A stretch of 64,000 nt of DNA from Candidatus Latescibacterota bacterium. Lineage in GTDB: Bacteria; Latescibacterota; UBA2968; GCA-2709665. A program made the translations under genes and the position numbers. The notes below the pieces were generated by a model that worked only from the letters and a program-made list of their open reading frames with translations, was not told where the DNA came from and ran no database searches. This document shows, one piece after another, positions 40,501 through 50,567 of this stretch; position 1 is the first letter of the stretch; each line of letters begins with the position of its first letter. The stretch is taken from NCBI GenBank assembly GCA_963662665.2, contig CAXXJS010000061.1:160001-224000 (forward strand). Direction: 5' to 3'.

Positions 40501-40853
40501 ACGTGCGGGTTGGCGGCGCGACGCGGCCGCTTGCCGAAGCGGTGACGCTGTCAACCCTGCATGCGGCCAAGGGGCTGGAGTTTCCAGTCGTGTTCATCTG
40601 TGGCGTGGAGGAGGGCTTGATTCCGCACCCAAACGGGGACGAACAGGAAGAGCGGCGGCTGTTGTTCGTGGGATTGACCCGGGCCATGGATGAGGCCGTC
40701 ATGCTCTGTGCGCGAAGCAGGACGCGTTTCGGCGACCGGGACCGCCCGGAGCCGTCCCGGTTCCTGGATGATATTCCCGCCGAATTCCTGAAACGGGAGC
40801 GCCTGTCCGCGGAACGGCGGGTCAGGCAGGCCCACCAGCTCTCTCTGTTCTGA
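37587..40853 (+). CDS. Endonuclease Q-like PHP/Zn-ribbon domain fused to a UvrD/Rep helicase
   Basis: DVHLHSRFS, GTGD, PAHIWTP, SNSDAHS, CPECG; helicase motifs AGPGTGKT, DEFQD, GDPDQ, HAAKGLEF; ends in QLSLF. Confidence 0.92.
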   Translation: MRFVADVHLHSRFSRATSRQLNPENLYKWSALKGVNVVGTGDFTHPEWIGELKDRLEPAEEGLFRLKPALRAAVDKDLPERCRGTVRFVLSTEISLIYKKNDRTRKVHHVILMPGFEAVERLNARLGDIGNLKSDGRPILGLDSRDLVEICLEAAEDVLFIPAHIWTPHFAVLGASSGFDTLEECFEDMLPAIFAVETGLSSDPPMNWRLSMLDRYAIVSNSDAHSPQNLAREATCFDTELSYCGIYDALKSRHPERFLGTLEFYPEEGKYHLDGHRKCGICWEPGQSLAADCLCPECGKRLTVGVLHRVEQLADREEGGRPAVAPPFENLIPLREVIGSVLGVGPTSKRVQAVYERMLAELGPELVILRDASPEAIAGCGEPLVAEGVRRMRAGEVVIAAGYDGVYGRIQVFSEEDRARLSRQPALFDLPEKPEAAPPASSFETTSAREGTSVGNGETPGGEDTGDGGLDDAQRAAVNRESGPAIVVAGPGTGKTRVLTHRLARLIGEAGVPPESILAVTFTNKAAAEMRERVHTLLPEEGTLGGLTLGTFHAVALNLMKPCVSGEMPQVIDEAEAIQLVSEVIGYTELDMSVRDARLAVSFAKTNPDAEMTEALRGVGEAYQDRLRKLGVWDFDDILLEFLAMLRKGDEASERLLNRFAHVLVDEFQDVNAVQYRLVAELSRDGAGLFVIGDPDQAIYGFRGASPAYFQKLREDLPSARTIVLDRSYRSTPQVTGAAVSVIGEGRQLNAVRGEGVTARLVSVSGETAEGIAVVREISRMMGGADMLQAGEVGGRQTVAEGCDRSLSDFAVLFRTGRQAEAIERCFIEEGLPYRVVGQKGILSAGTVRHALSFFNFAFRPAGSLRLLRALAVPVFHPGNAALNRLRLAGGDPSDGNLPLPAREKVSALEDAAGTFRKMAETESVESLVRTWQEVAGAEEDEDLARLARMAVNFDSVRTFLDTLVLGADADYVRVGGATRPLAEAVTLSTLHAAKGLEFPVVFICGVEEGLIPHPNGDEQEERRLLFVGLTRAMDEAVMLCARSRTRFGDRDRPEPSRFLDDIPAEFLKRERLSAERRVRQAHQLSLF

Positions 40854-40870
40854 TCGCGGTGGATGCCGAT

Positions 40871-42361
40871 TCAGAGGACGCCTGTCCCGTCCTCCAGTAA
40901 CTGCCGAAACCGGTCATAGGCTTCTTCCCACGCGTCCTTTTCTTTCGGAACGTAGGTCACAATTTCCGTGGAATTGCGTACGACTTCGCGGATACCTGCC
41001 AGAGAGTCGATTTCCCGCCGGGCGTATGCCTGCATCAGGATGTTGCCCAGGGCCGTGGCCTCCGCCGGGCCGGCGACGACAATCCGTCCGGCCGCATTGG
41101 CGGTAAACTGGTTCAACAGGGCGTTGCGGATACCGCCGCCCACGACGTGGATGGTGGCCAGATTCCTGTTCAGTACCGATTCGAGATCCTCCAGGACGCA
41201 TCGGCACTTGAGGGCAAGGCTTTCAAGGGCGCATCGGATAACCTCGCCTTCGGTGGCGGGAACGGTTTGACCCGTACGTCTGCAATAGGCGCGGATGCGG
41301 GCCGGCATGTCTCCCGGCTCCAGGAAGTCCGAATGGTCGGGGTCGATGAACGCGGTCAGTGCGGGGGCCGCTTCCGCCATACGGACGAGGTCGGCGAAGG
41401 AAAACGCGCTACCCTGGTTTTCCCAGATGCGTTTGCATTCCTGGACTGTCCAGAGACCGGTGATGTTCTTGAGGAAGCGGTAAGTGCCGCATACGCCTCC
41501 CTCGTTGGTGAAGTTGTGGCGAAGCGCTTCCCGGGTGACGGCCGGCACCGGCAGTTCCGCGCCGAGCAACGCCCACGTGCCGGAGCTGATATAGGCCGCT
41601 CCGCTGTCAGAGAACGGCACGGCCGCCACGGCCGATCCGGTGTCGTGACACGCCGGAGCGATGACGTCGACAGACGCGATGCCGGCATCGGCGGCAATCT
41701 CCGGACGAAGCGGGCCCAGGGACGTGCCCGGAGGGACGATTTCGGGAAGCATGTCAACCGGAACGTCAAGCCGGTTCAGCAGGTCCATTGCCCAGGCGTC
41801 CGTCCTCGGGTTGTAGAACTGCGTGGTGGTGGCGTTCGAGAATTCACAGACCTTTCGTCCGGTCAGCCAGAAGTTGAACAGGTCCGGCATCATCAGAAAT
41901 GTACGGGCCATGCGCAGTTGCTGAGAATTCCTTTCTACCATGGACAGGAGTTGATAGAGTGTGTTGATCTCCAGAAACTGCAAACCGGTCTGTTCGAATA
42001 TTTCCTCTCTGGAGACCCGGCTGAATGCCCTCTCCATCATTCCGCTGACGCGGGGATCCCGGTAACAATGAGGATTCCCCAGGAGTTGATCGCCGGCGTC
42101 CAGGAGCGCGAAATCCACGCCCCACGTGTCGATACCAATGCCAGCGATTTCCGGACCCGAGATCCGAACGCAATTTCGAAGCCCTGCGAGCATTTCCTCA
42201 TAGAGCCGCAGGGCGTCCCAGTAGAGGCCTCCCGGCACGGATACGGGGCCGTTGGAGAAGCGGTGGATTTCTTCGAGTTCGACAGCGCTTCCGTCGAAGC
42301 GGCCGATAACGGCACGGCCGCTGGATGCGCCGAGATCGTAGGCCAGATAGGTCTGCGGCAT
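40871..42361 (-). CDS. rhaB: Rhamnulokinase (FGGY family)
   Basis: DLGASSGR, GIDTWGVDF, HDTGSA, SSGTW, NEGG. Confidence 0.88.
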   Translation of the reverse strand: MPQTYLAYDLGASSGRAVIGRFDGSAVELEEIHRFSNGPVSVPGGLYWDALRLYEEMLAGLRNCVRISGPEIAGIGIDTWGVDFALLDAGDQLLGNPHCYRDPRVSGMMERAFSRVSREEIFEQTGLQFLEINTLYQLLSMVERNSQQLRMARTFLMMPDLFNFWLTGRKVCEFSNATTTQFYNPRTDAWAMDLLNRLDVPVDMLPEIVPPGTSLGPLRPEIAADAGIASVDVIAPACHDTGSAVAAVPFSDSGAAYISSGTWALLGAELPVPAVTREALRHNFTNEGGVCGTYRFLKNITGLWTVQECKRIWENQGSAFSFADLVRMAEAAPALTAFIDPDHSDFLEPGDMPARIRAYCRRTGQTVPATEGEVIRCALESLALKCRCVLEDLESVLNRNLATIHVVGGGIRNALLNQFTANAAGRIVVAGPAEATALGNILMQAYARREIDSLAGIREVVRNSTEIVTYVPKEKDAWEEAYDRFRQLLEDGTGVL

Positions 42362-42593
42362 TGCGCCTCCTTCCAGATCGCCATTAGATGTTAGATTGCT
42401 CCTGCGCCGCCGCGGAATCCGATTGCCTCGGAGATCGATCCCGGCTTCCGGTTGTGCGGGGTTCGATCTTTTGCGATATTATGCGATGCGGCGCGGGGTG
42501 TCAAGTGTTTCGTCGCATCGGGAACACGCGCCGCCGGAAGTTCCGGGATGGGTCGTGAACGACGTACGCCAGTCTGATCGTGAGAGGGCGTGA

Positions 42594-43733
42594 ATGCCGG
42601 AAGAGCCGACGGTGGCGCACTGCGCGAACCCGTTCCTTACCATGACCATGGTCTGGTGTTACGACCAGATTCGCTCGTTGAAGCGATATCGACCGATCGT
42701 GTTGACCCAGGCGCGGCAGAATGAGCGCGTGTTTCCGGTTGAGATGCTCTATTCCAGCGAAGATCTGCCCCGGTTGCGCCGATCCGCCTACCGGGTGGTC
42801 CGCAAGATCCGGGGAACGTACGCGGGTTACGGGGGAATTCTTCAGGAGGAACGCGCCGCAATCATCCACGCCCATTTCGGGCAGGAGGGATATTTCTGTC
42901 TGGCGGCGCGCCGAAGCGCCGGGGTCCCAATGGTCACCACCTTCTACGGGATGGATGCTTCCGCACTGCCCCGAAAGCGGCTGTGGAGACGACGGTTCCA
43001 GCGGCTGTTCCGCGAGGCGGAACTCTTTCTGGTTGAAGGTCCGATAATGGGCGAATCGCTGGTCACCATCGGCTGTGCCTATGAGAAAGTACACGTGCAC
43101 CGGCTGGGCGTCGATCTCGGGAAGATTCGCAAGGCGTCGCCGGAGGCAAGACATGAGGCTGTGGTATTGATGTATGCCAATTTCCGTGAAAAAAAGGGAC
43201 ACGTGTACGGGCTCAGGGCCTGCCGCAGGATTCTGGGGTCTCATCCGGGCCTGAAGGTGCGCATTATCGGCGATGGAGACCTGCGCGCGGAGTTGGAAAG
43301 AGAGATCCGGCGGCTCGGTCTCGGAGACCGGGTGGACCTGCTGGGCGCGTTGCCTCACGAGACGTGCCTGGATGAACTCGGACGGGCTTCCGTGTTGTTG
43401 TATCCGAGCGTGACCGCCGCCGACGGCGACACCGAAGGCGGCGCGCCCGTGGCGTTGATCGAGGCCATGGCCTCGGGGCTGGCGATCGTGTCCTCCCTGC
43501 ACGCGGACATCCCCACGGTGGCGCCCGACGGGCGGTGCGCGTTGTTGTTTCCGGAGCGGGACGTGGACGGACTGGCCGAGGGCCTGGATGCACTGCTTCG
43601 GTCCAGCCGGTTACGGGAGGAATTGGGCACGGCGGGAAGGACGCACGTGGAAGACGCGCACGATATGCGGAAGCAGGGCGGGCGGCTGGAAACGTTGTAC
43701 GACCGCGTAATATCGTCGGCGAAGCCTGGGTAG
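42594..43733 (+). CDS. GT4 glycosyltransferase (WcaL-like)
   Basis: IHAHFG, EKKG, DGDTEGGAPVALIEAMASG. Confidence 0.9.
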   Translation: MPEEPTVAHCANPFLTMTMVWCYDQIRSLKRYRPIVLTQARQNERVFPVEMLYSSEDLPRLRRSAYRVVRKIRGTYAGYGGILQEERAAIIHAHFGQEGYFCLAARRSAGVPMVTTFYGMDASALPRKRLWRRRFQRLFREAELFLVEGPIMGESLVTIGCAYEKVHVHRLGVDLGKIRKASPEARHEAVVLMYANFREKKGHVYGLRACRRILGSHPGLKVRIIGDGDLRAELEREIRRLGLGDRVDLLGALPHETCLDELGRASVLLYPSVTAADGDTEGGAPVALIEAMASGLAIVSSLHADIPTVAPDGRCALLFPERDVDGLAEGLDALLRSSRLREELGTAGRTHVEDAHDMRKQGGRLETLYDRVISSAKPG

Positions 43734-43852
43734 AAACACTTGAATCAGATTTGGTGGACTACGGTGGCGTCCGTCATTGACATCGCAACGGATCGCGGTT
43801 ATTTTCCGTCGTTAATGCTCGATGGCCCGGGCCCTGCAAGTTTGGAAACTCA

Positions 43853-44698
43853 ATGGAAATAACTCGTGAAAAAGTGAAGGCATACCGGAAACAGGGATTT
43901 CTGGTTGTCGAAGGGCTGTTGAGCGACGAGGACGTCGAGGCCATTCGTGCGGACGCGGTAAAGCTCTGTCGCGGAGAGTATAAGAGCGAGAATCTGAAGC
44001 CGGTATCGGACGATACGTCGGATACCGAAGCGATCTCCCGCTTTCTTTGTATTCACCAACCTCACCATATCAGTCCGTCTATGCGAAGGGCGGTGGCCCA
44101 TCCCGCCGTTTCACGGGCACTGGCGCGGTTGGTGGCGCCAGACGTGAAGTGCATGCAGTCGATGCTGTTCATCAAGCCGCCGCAGTTTCCGGGGCAGGCC
44201 TGGCATCAGGACGAGGTGTATATTCCCACGCGGGACCGCAGCCTCACCGGCGCATGGTTCGCCCTGGACGACGTGACGGTGGAGAACGGCTGTATGTGGG
44301 TACTGCCGGGTTCCCACCGGAATGGCTATCTCTATCCGCAACGCGCGCACGGCCGGCCCGAGGAATTCGATTTTGCTCAGGAGTCCTACGGATTTGACGA
44401 AAGCGGTGAGATACCGGTGGTGTGTCGCGCCGGCGCGGTGGTTTTCTTCAACGGCTACCTGCTGCACCGGTCCCGCAAGAACCGGTCGAACCGTTTTCGA
44501 CGGGTGCTGGTGAACCACTATATGAACGCCTACTCGCTGCTGCCCTGGCATCGCCCGGAGGACGGGCGGATGGCGCTGGCCGACTACCGCGGCATCGTGA
44601 TGGTGGCGGGAGACGACCCGTACGCGTGGAAGGGTACGGTGGAAGGCGGCGACGCCCACGTCCGATCGTTTGATCCCGCAGCCTTGCAGACACAGTAG
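43853..44698 (+). CDS. PhyH family dioxygenase
   Basis: WHQD, NGCMWVLPGSH, LHRS. Confidence 0.9.
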   Translation: MEITREKVKAYRKQGFLVVEGLLSDEDVEAIRADAVKLCRGEYKSENLKPVSDDTSDTEAISRFLCIHQPHHISPSMRRAVAHPAVSRALARLVAPDVKCMQSMLFIKPPQFPGQAWHQDEVYIPTRDRSLTGAWFALDDVTVENGCMWVLPGSHRNGYLYPQRAHGRPEEFDFAQESYGFDESGEIPVVCRAGAVVFFNGYLLHRSRKNRSNRFRRVLVNHYMNAYSLLPWHRPEDGRMALADYRGIVMVAGDDPYAWKGTVEGGDAHVRSFDPAALQTQ

Positions 44699-44736
44699 CG
44701 GCGGGTTCCCAATAACCGGTCAATTGCAAAGCGCAT

Positions 44737-46101
44737 ATGGATACCATGACAGCTCAAATGGCAACGGACGAAGCGGCCGTTGAACGGCCTGAGGCCTGTC
44801 ACGTGATGGCGAAGCCATCGGGTGCGGTCTGTAATATAGACTGCAAGTACTGCTTTTACCTGGAGAAGGAAAAGCTGTACCCGGACGCAGGCAGGGACTG
44901 GCGGATGGACGATGAATCGCTGGAGCTGTACGTCCGGCACTACATCGAAGCGCAGGACGTCCCCGAGGTACATTTCGCCTGGCAGGGCGGAGAGCCAACG
45001 CTGCTGGGCGTGGAATTCTACCGCAGGGCAACAGACCTTCAGGCTCGATATGCCAACGGCAAGACAATCACAAACGCGTTCCAGACCAACGGGATTCTGC
45101 TCGATGACGAATGGGGCGAGTTCCTCGCGGAACACCGGTTCCTCGTTGGGCTGTCCGTGGACGGACCGAGGGAGATGCACGACCGGTACCGGGTGGACAA
45201 AGGCGGGAGCCCCACGTTCGACAAGGTGATGGCGGGCCTGGAAATCCTGAAAAAACACAGCGTGGAGTACAATACGCTCACGGTATTGCAGGCCCACAAC
45301 GCGGATTACCCGGTGGAAGTCTATCGCTTTCTCAAGTCCATCGGCAGCCGGTACATGCAGTTTATCCCGATTGTGGAGCGGATCGCGGACGCGCCCGGTG
45401 AGGACCTGCTGCAGCTCGTGGCGCCGGAGTTCGACGGACGCGCCCAGGTTTCGCAGTGGTCGGTAGGATCGGCGCAATACGGTCGATTCCTTTGTGATGT
45501 CTTCGACCAATGGGTCAGGCGGGACGTGGGCCGGTATTTCGTCCAGATGTTCGATATCGCGCTTGGAAGCTGGATGGGCCAGGACGCCAGCCTCTGCATT
45601 TTTGCGGAAACGTGCGGCAAGGCGCTTATTATCGAACACAACGGCGATTTATATTCCTGCGACCACTTTGTGTATCCCCGGTACAATCTTGGCAACGTCC
45701 GCGACAAGAGTATCAGGGAGATGGTGGCCAGTCCCCTTCAGGAGAAATTCGGATCCGATAAGCGCGACACGCTGCCGGCGTATTGCAGGGCCTGCGACTA
45801 CCGCTTCGCATGCAACGGGGGCTGCCCCAAACAGAGGTTCATCCACACCCCCGACGGGGAGGCGGGGCTGAATTACCTGTGCAGGGGGTACAAGATGTTC
45901 TTCGGACACGTGGACCCCTACATGCGAATGATGTCGAAGGAGCTTGCGGGCGGCCGGCCAGCTGCGAACGTGATGCACCGGGTTCGCGCCCGTGAAGAGC
46001 GGCAGGCGGCGGCGCGCGCCCGTCGCACGGGTCGGAACGAGCCATGTCCATGCGGCAGCGGAAGGAAATTCAAGCGGTGTTGCGGCGCTGCCGCAAGCTG
46101 A
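44737..46101 (+). CDS. Anaerobic sulfatase maturase (radical SAM/SPASM) with C-terminal SEC-C motif
   Basis: CNIDCKYC, WQGGEP, YSCDH, GRNEPCPCGSGRKFKRCC. Confidence 0.93.
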   Translation: MDTMTAQMATDEAAVERPEACHVMAKPSGAVCNIDCKYCFYLEKEKLYPDAGRDWRMDDESLELYVRHYIEAQDVPEVHFAWQGGEPTLLGVEFYRRATDLQARYANGKTITNAFQTNGILLDDEWGEFLAEHRFLVGLSVDGPREMHDRYRVDKGGSPTFDKVMAGLEILKKHSVEYNTLTVLQAHNADYPVEVYRFLKSIGSRYMQFIPIVERIADAPGEDLLQLVAPEFDGRAQVSQWSVGSAQYGRFLCDVFDQWVRRDVGRYFVQMFDIALGSWMGQDASLCIFAETCGKALIIEHNGDLYSCDHFVYPRYNLGNVRDKSIREMVASPLQEKFGSDKRDTLPAYCRACDYRFACNGGCPKQRFIHTPDGEAGLNYLCRGYKMFFGHVDPYMRMMSKELAGGRPAANVMHRVRAREERQAAARARRTGRNEPCPCGSGRKFKRCCGAAAS

Positions 46102-46198
46102 TAGTTTTGGCTTGACTTTTGTTCTGTGCGGTGCGATCATCCGTACCCGTGTCTTTGATGTCGGGTGCGTTTTTTTTGTGCTTTTCGGGAGCGAACAA

Positions 46199-47104
46199 AT
46201 GTGCGGAATTGTAGGGTTTTGGAACCGGCAGAAGGACACCAGCGGACTCGGGCGGACCGTATTGAAAATGCTGGACGCTCTGGATTGCCGCGGGCCGGAT
46301 TCCGCCGGCGTGGCACTCTATGGCGAAGGACAAAACGGGCGCCTGGTATTGCGTGTAAGTCTGGGCGACCGCGGCGACTACGAAGCAACGGCCCGGCAGG
46401 TCGTCGCGAGGACCGAAGCATTCGGCGCCGTTTCCGATTGGGCTCGAACAGAGGAATACCTGCGGCTTGTTGTCGCCTATGGAGGCGAAGCGGGGCAGCT
46501 CGAGCAGGCAATCGAAGCCGCGGGCGAGGGTGTGGAGGTGGTGAGTATGGGGCGGCGGCTGGAAATCGTCAAGCAGGTGGGGTCCCCACGCAACCTGGAC
46601 GGATCGTATCGGGTTTCCGGCTTCGAAGGGACGCACGGAATCGGCCATACCCGCCTTTCCACGGAGTCACGAATCGATCTGAGCCATTCCCAGCCGTTCT
46701 GGGCCCACGGACATCCGGACCTGGCAATTGTTCACAACGGCCACATTACCAACTATCACAAGTTGCGGCGGATATACGAGCAGGATGGCGCGCGGTTCTA
46801 TACGGAGAACGATTCCGAAATCATCGGGATGTACCTGCGCCGGCAACTGGCGGACGGCATGGATCTGGAAGAGGCCATGGCCGCCTCGCTTATTGAATTG
46901 GACGGCTCCTTCAGCTATCTGGTGGCCACGCCGGACGCCGTCGGCTTCGTTCGGGATCCCTATGCGTTTAAGCCGCTGCTTTTTGCGGAAACGGATGATT
47001 TTGCGGCTGTTGCAACGGAAGAAATCGCGTTCCGTTCGGCCCTTTGTGGAGACTACGACGTGGTTGAGGCGCGGGCAAAGGACATGCGACTATGGCGCAA
47101 CTGA
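46199..47104 (+). CDS. Class II glutamine amidotransferase, MgsA/GlxB-like copy 1
   Basis: MCGI, RGPDSAG, GHTRLSTE, HNG, NDSE. Confidence 0.88.
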   Translation: MCGIVGFWNRQKDTSGLGRTVLKMLDALDCRGPDSAGVALYGEGQNGRLVLRVSLGDRGDYEATARQVVARTEAFGAVSDWARTEEYLRLVVAYGGEAGQLEQAIEAAGEGVEVVSMGRRLEIVKQVGSPRNLDGSYRVSGFEGTHGIGHTRLSTESRIDLSHSQPFWAHGHPDLAIVHNGHITNYHKLRRIYEQDGARFYTENDSEIIGMYLRRQLADGMDLEEAMAASLIELDGSFSYLVATPDAVGFVRDPYAFKPLLFAETDDFAAVATEEIAFRSALCGDYDVVEARAKDMRLWRN

Positions 47105-47787
47105 CCTGCAACGGAAAGTCGACCCGGGAGATTAACAGAGAAATCAGGGCGTTCGTTGCAGCGGGTGAAGGAGACGTGCGTGTTCTGGATCCGGGTGCGC
47201 GCCACAATCTCGGGGTGGCCCTCCTGGATCCTGTGCACCTCACACTGGATGGCAGCGTGGGATACTACTGCGCCGGAATGATCGACGGGGCAACCGTGGA
47301 AGTAAAGGGCAGCGCGGGTTGGGGGCTGGCGGAATCGATGATGAGCGGGACGGTGATTGTGCACGGCAACGCCGGCAACGGCACTGCGGCGTCTATTCGC
47401 GGTGGAACCGTGGTGGTGCGGGGTCATGCCTCTTCCCGGCTGGGTGTGGCCATGAAGGGCGGGTTGATTGTCGTCGGCGGAGACTGCGGCTATATGGCCG
47501 GTTTTATGGGACAGAGGGGGCGTATCATTGTCTGCGGCGATACGGGAGAAGCGTTTGCCGACTCGATGTACGAGACTGAATGTTTCGTGGGTGGAGAGAT
47601 CGCGGAACTCGGCAACGATGCGGTGGTCGAGACGCCCAGCGAGAGCGAATTCGGGTTTCTGAGAACCGCCATAGCGGACCACCTGGGCAGGCGCCGGGAT
47701 CCGGCGGGATTCAGGAAAGTGGTTGCGGGTCGCAAACTCTGGAATTTCGACAAAGACGAACGTGCGGTGTGGCGGGAAGCGCTGTAA
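47092..47787 (+). CDS. GXGXG domain protein, MgsB/GlxC-like copy 1
   Basis: Repeated Gly-rich beta-helix motifs; DSMYE; RKLWNF. Confidence 0.88.
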   Translation: MAQLTCNGKSTREINREIRAFVAAGEGDVRVLDPGARHNLGVALLDPVHLTLDGSVGYYCAGMIDGATVEVKGSAGWGLAESMMSGTVIVHGNAGNGTAASIRGGTVVVRGHASSRLGVAMKGGLIVVGGDCGYMAGFMGQRGRIIVCGDTGEAFADSMYETECFVGGEIAELGNDAVVETPSESEFGFLRTAIADHLGRRRDPAGFRKVVAGRKLWNFDKDERAVWREAL

Positions 47788-47860
47788 CGCGAAGGATCCG
47801 GCGGTTCTTCAATGGGGTCGGGCCGCGTCGCAATCTGAACTTATCCCGAACAGGGTGATT

Positions 47861-49207
47861 ATGGCCGAAGAACATAACGGAAGTTATCGCCCGGCGCAGG
47901 CCAGCGGTACGTTCACGCCGGCCGTCATCGAGGACATCCAGGTCAAGGCCGAATTGGGGCGGTACCGGATTCGGGGGTTCGGCACGTTGCGGGAACGGCG
48001 GTGGCCGACATTCGACGACCTGACCTTCATTCCCTGCACGCTCACCCGTATTCCGCTGGAGGGATACCGCGAGCGCTGCTCGGCGCAAACGGTTCTTGGC
48101 GGCCGTTCTGCGGAAAAGCCCATCGTTCTGGATACGCCCATTATGATAACCGGCATGAGTTGGGGCGCGCTGTCCTTCAACGCCAAGGCGGCGCTTGCCC
48201 GCGGCGCCAATATGGTCGGATCCTCGAATACGACCGGCGACGGGGGGATGCTGAAAGCGGAACGAGAGGAAAGCAAGGTGCTGGTCTACGAGGTTCTGCC
48301 ATCCCGGTACGGAATTGACGTTCACGATCTCCGGGTCGCCGACGGGATTGAACTGACCATCGGGCAGGGGGCGAAGCCCGGCACAGGCGGATTGCTGCTT
48401 GGGGCAAAGGTGCTCGGCGACGTGGCGTCACAGAGGGACCTGCCCATCGGCGTGGATCAGCGGAGTCCGGCGCGGCACCCGGATTTCCTGGGTCCGGACG
48501 ACATGATCATCAAGATCGAGGAGTTGCGCGAGGCCACGGACTGGCAGGTTCCCATATTCGTCAAGATGGGCGCCACGCGGGTCTTCGACGATGTACGCCT
48601 GGCGGCAAAGGCAGGGGCAGACGTGGTTGTCGTGGACGGCATGGAGGGCGGCACCGGTGCGTCGGCGGAAATCTGCCAGGAGCATACGGGTGTACCCACG
48701 CTGGCGGCTGTGTGCGAGGCGCGGGCTGCCCTCGAAAACATTGGCATGTACGGGCAGGTGCAGTTGATCATCGCGGGGGGCATCCGGAACGGCGTGGACG
48801 CGGCCAAGGCCATGGCGCTGGGCGCCGATGCAGTTTACATCGGCACGGCGGCGCTGATGGCATTGAACTGTAACAGGCCCATTTTTGTGGAGGACTACAA
48901 GGCGCTGGGCGCGGAGCCGTATCACTGCCATCACTGCCATACCGGTCGCTGTCCGGTAGGTATTACCACACAGGACCCCGATCTGATGGCGCGCCTCCAC
49001 GTGGACGAAGCGGCAGAGCGGGTGGCCAACCTGCTCCAGGCAATGACGTCCGAAATACAGATTCTGGCGCGTGCATGCGGCAAGGCCGACGTGCACGATC
49101 TGGAGCCGGAAGATATGCGCGCATTGACCTCCGAGGCGTCCATGATCTGCAATCTTCCCCTCGTCGGCACGAACCGTATCGTGGGGGGTGGGCCCGGCTG
49201 GCAGTGA
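47861..49207 (+). CDS. FMN-binding glutamate synthase subunit, MgsC/GlxD-like
   Basis: GMSWGAL, GQGAKPGTGG, DGMEGGTGA, CHHCHTGRCPVG. Confidence 0.9.
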   Translation: MAEEHNGSYRPAQASGTFTPAVIEDIQVKAELGRYRIRGFGTLRERRWPTFDDLTFIPCTLTRIPLEGYRERCSAQTVLGGRSAEKPIVLDTPIMITGMSWGALSFNAKAALARGANMVGSSNTTGDGGMLKAEREESKVLVYEVLPSRYGIDVHDLRVADGIELTIGQGAKPGTGGLLLGAKVLGDVASQRDLPIGVDQRSPARHPDFLGPDDMIIKIEELREATDWQVPIFVKMGATRVFDDVRLAAKAGADVVVVDGMEGGTGASAEICQEHTGVPTLAAVCEARAALENIGMYGQVQLIIAGGIRNGVDAAKAMALGADAVYIGTAALMALNCNRPIFVEDYKALGAEPYHCHHCHTGRCPVGITTQDPDLMARLHVDEAAERVANLLQAMTSEIQILARACGKADVHDLEPEDMRALTSEASMICNLPLVGTNRIVGGGPGWQ

Positions 49208-49252
49208 ACAGCCCGACGCACCCTGCTGAGTACAGCATCTGAGGACAATGTC

Positions 49253-50491
49253 GTGTCGTTCAAGCTGATCCGACAGGCGCTTAATGGAAACGGGCTATTG
49301 CCAAGGATGTGGCGGTCCCATCCGGTCAGGGACCGTTACGACGTGGTGATTGTCGGAGGAGGAGCGCACGGACTGGCCTGCGCTTACTATCTGGCGGCCG
49401 AGCACGGCATCACGGACGTGGCGGTAATTGAAAGAGGATATATCGGTTCCGGCGGGAGCGGCCGGAATACGGCCATTATCCGAAGCAACTATCTCACGCC
49501 CGAAGGGGTGCGATTCTACGACGAAAGCGTGCGGCTGTACGAGCAGATGGCGACCGAACTGGATTTCAACGTCATGTTCAGCCAGCGCGGGCACCTGACG
49601 CTGGCCCATACCGACGGGGCGGTTCGCACGATGCGCCGGCGGGCGGAGGTGAACAGGCTTCAGGGTGTGGATTCGGAGCTTATCCCGCCCCGCGAAATCG
49701 AAAGGCTCTGCCCGGGCATCGACGTCAGCGACCATCCCCGCTATCCTATCATGGCGGCGCTCTACCATCCGCCCGGAGGAATCGTCCGTCACGACGCGGT
49801 TGTATGGGGGTACGCGCATCAGGCCGATCGGAGGGGCGTGCATATCCACCAGCAAACCGCGGTGACCGGGATAGACGTGCAGAGTGGCAGCGTTGCGGGC
49901 GTGAAGACAACCGGGGGATACATCAGGACCGGAACGGTGTTGAACGCGACGGCCGGGTGGGGTTCCACCATCGCCGACATGGCGGGCGTACGCCTGCCCC
50001 TCACCACCTTTCCGTTGCAGGCCTGCGTCACGGAGCCCCTGAAGCCGTTTCTGGACGTCGTCATCGTATCGGGAAGCCTGCACGTGTACGTGAGCCAGTC
50101 GGACCGCGGCGAGCTGGTAATGGGCGCGAGCGTGGATCCGTATACGTCCTATTCAATGGATTCTTCGCTGTCGTTCATGGAGGGTATCGCCGGGCACATG
50201 CTGGAGCTGTTCCCGTTTTTAAGCAAGGTCCGCGTGTTGCGGCAGTGGGCGGGGCTTTGCGATATGACGCCCGATTACAGTCCCATTATGGGCTTTACGC
50301 CGGTGCGTGGATTCCTGGTGGACGTGGGTTGGGGCACGTACGGCTTCAAGGCGTCCCCCATCTGCGGCCGGACCTTGGCGGAGTTGATCGCCAGTCAAGG
50401 CACGCCGGATCTGATTTATCCCTTCCGCTTGTCCAGGTTCGGGGAATTCGATCTGGTCGGTGAAAAGGGCGCGGCGTCTGTGGGACACTAG
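49253..50491 (+). CDS. soxB: Sarcosine oxidase beta / N-methylglutamate dehydrogenase subunit A
   Basis: GGGAHG, GRNTAIIRSNY, GWGTYGFK. Confidence 0.9.
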   Translation: MSFKLIRQALNGNGLLPRMWRSHPVRDRYDVVIVGGGAHGLACAYYLAAEHGITDVAVIERGYIGSGGSGRNTAIIRSNYLTPEGVRFYDESVRLYEQMATELDFNVMFSQRGHLTLAHTDGAVRTMRRRAEVNRLQGVDSELIPPREIERLCPGIDVSDHPRYPIMAALYHPPGGIVRHDAVVWGYAHQADRRGVHIHQQTAVTGIDVQSGSVAGVKTTGGYIRTGTVLNATAGWGSTIADMAGVRLPLTTFPLQACVTEPLKPFLDVVIVSGSLHVYVSQSDRGELVMGASVDPYTSYSMDSSLSFMEGIAGHMLELFPFLSKVRVLRQWAGLCDMTPDYSPIMGFTPVRGFLVDVGWGTYGFKASPICGRTLAELIASQGTPDLIYPFRLSRFGEFDLVGEKGAASVGH

Positions 50492-50567
50492 CGGTGGAAT
50501 CGCGAGGCGGATTGACTCTTACAGTGATTAAGAACGCGGGTGCGCGAGGCCGGACTCTGAGCGTCTT

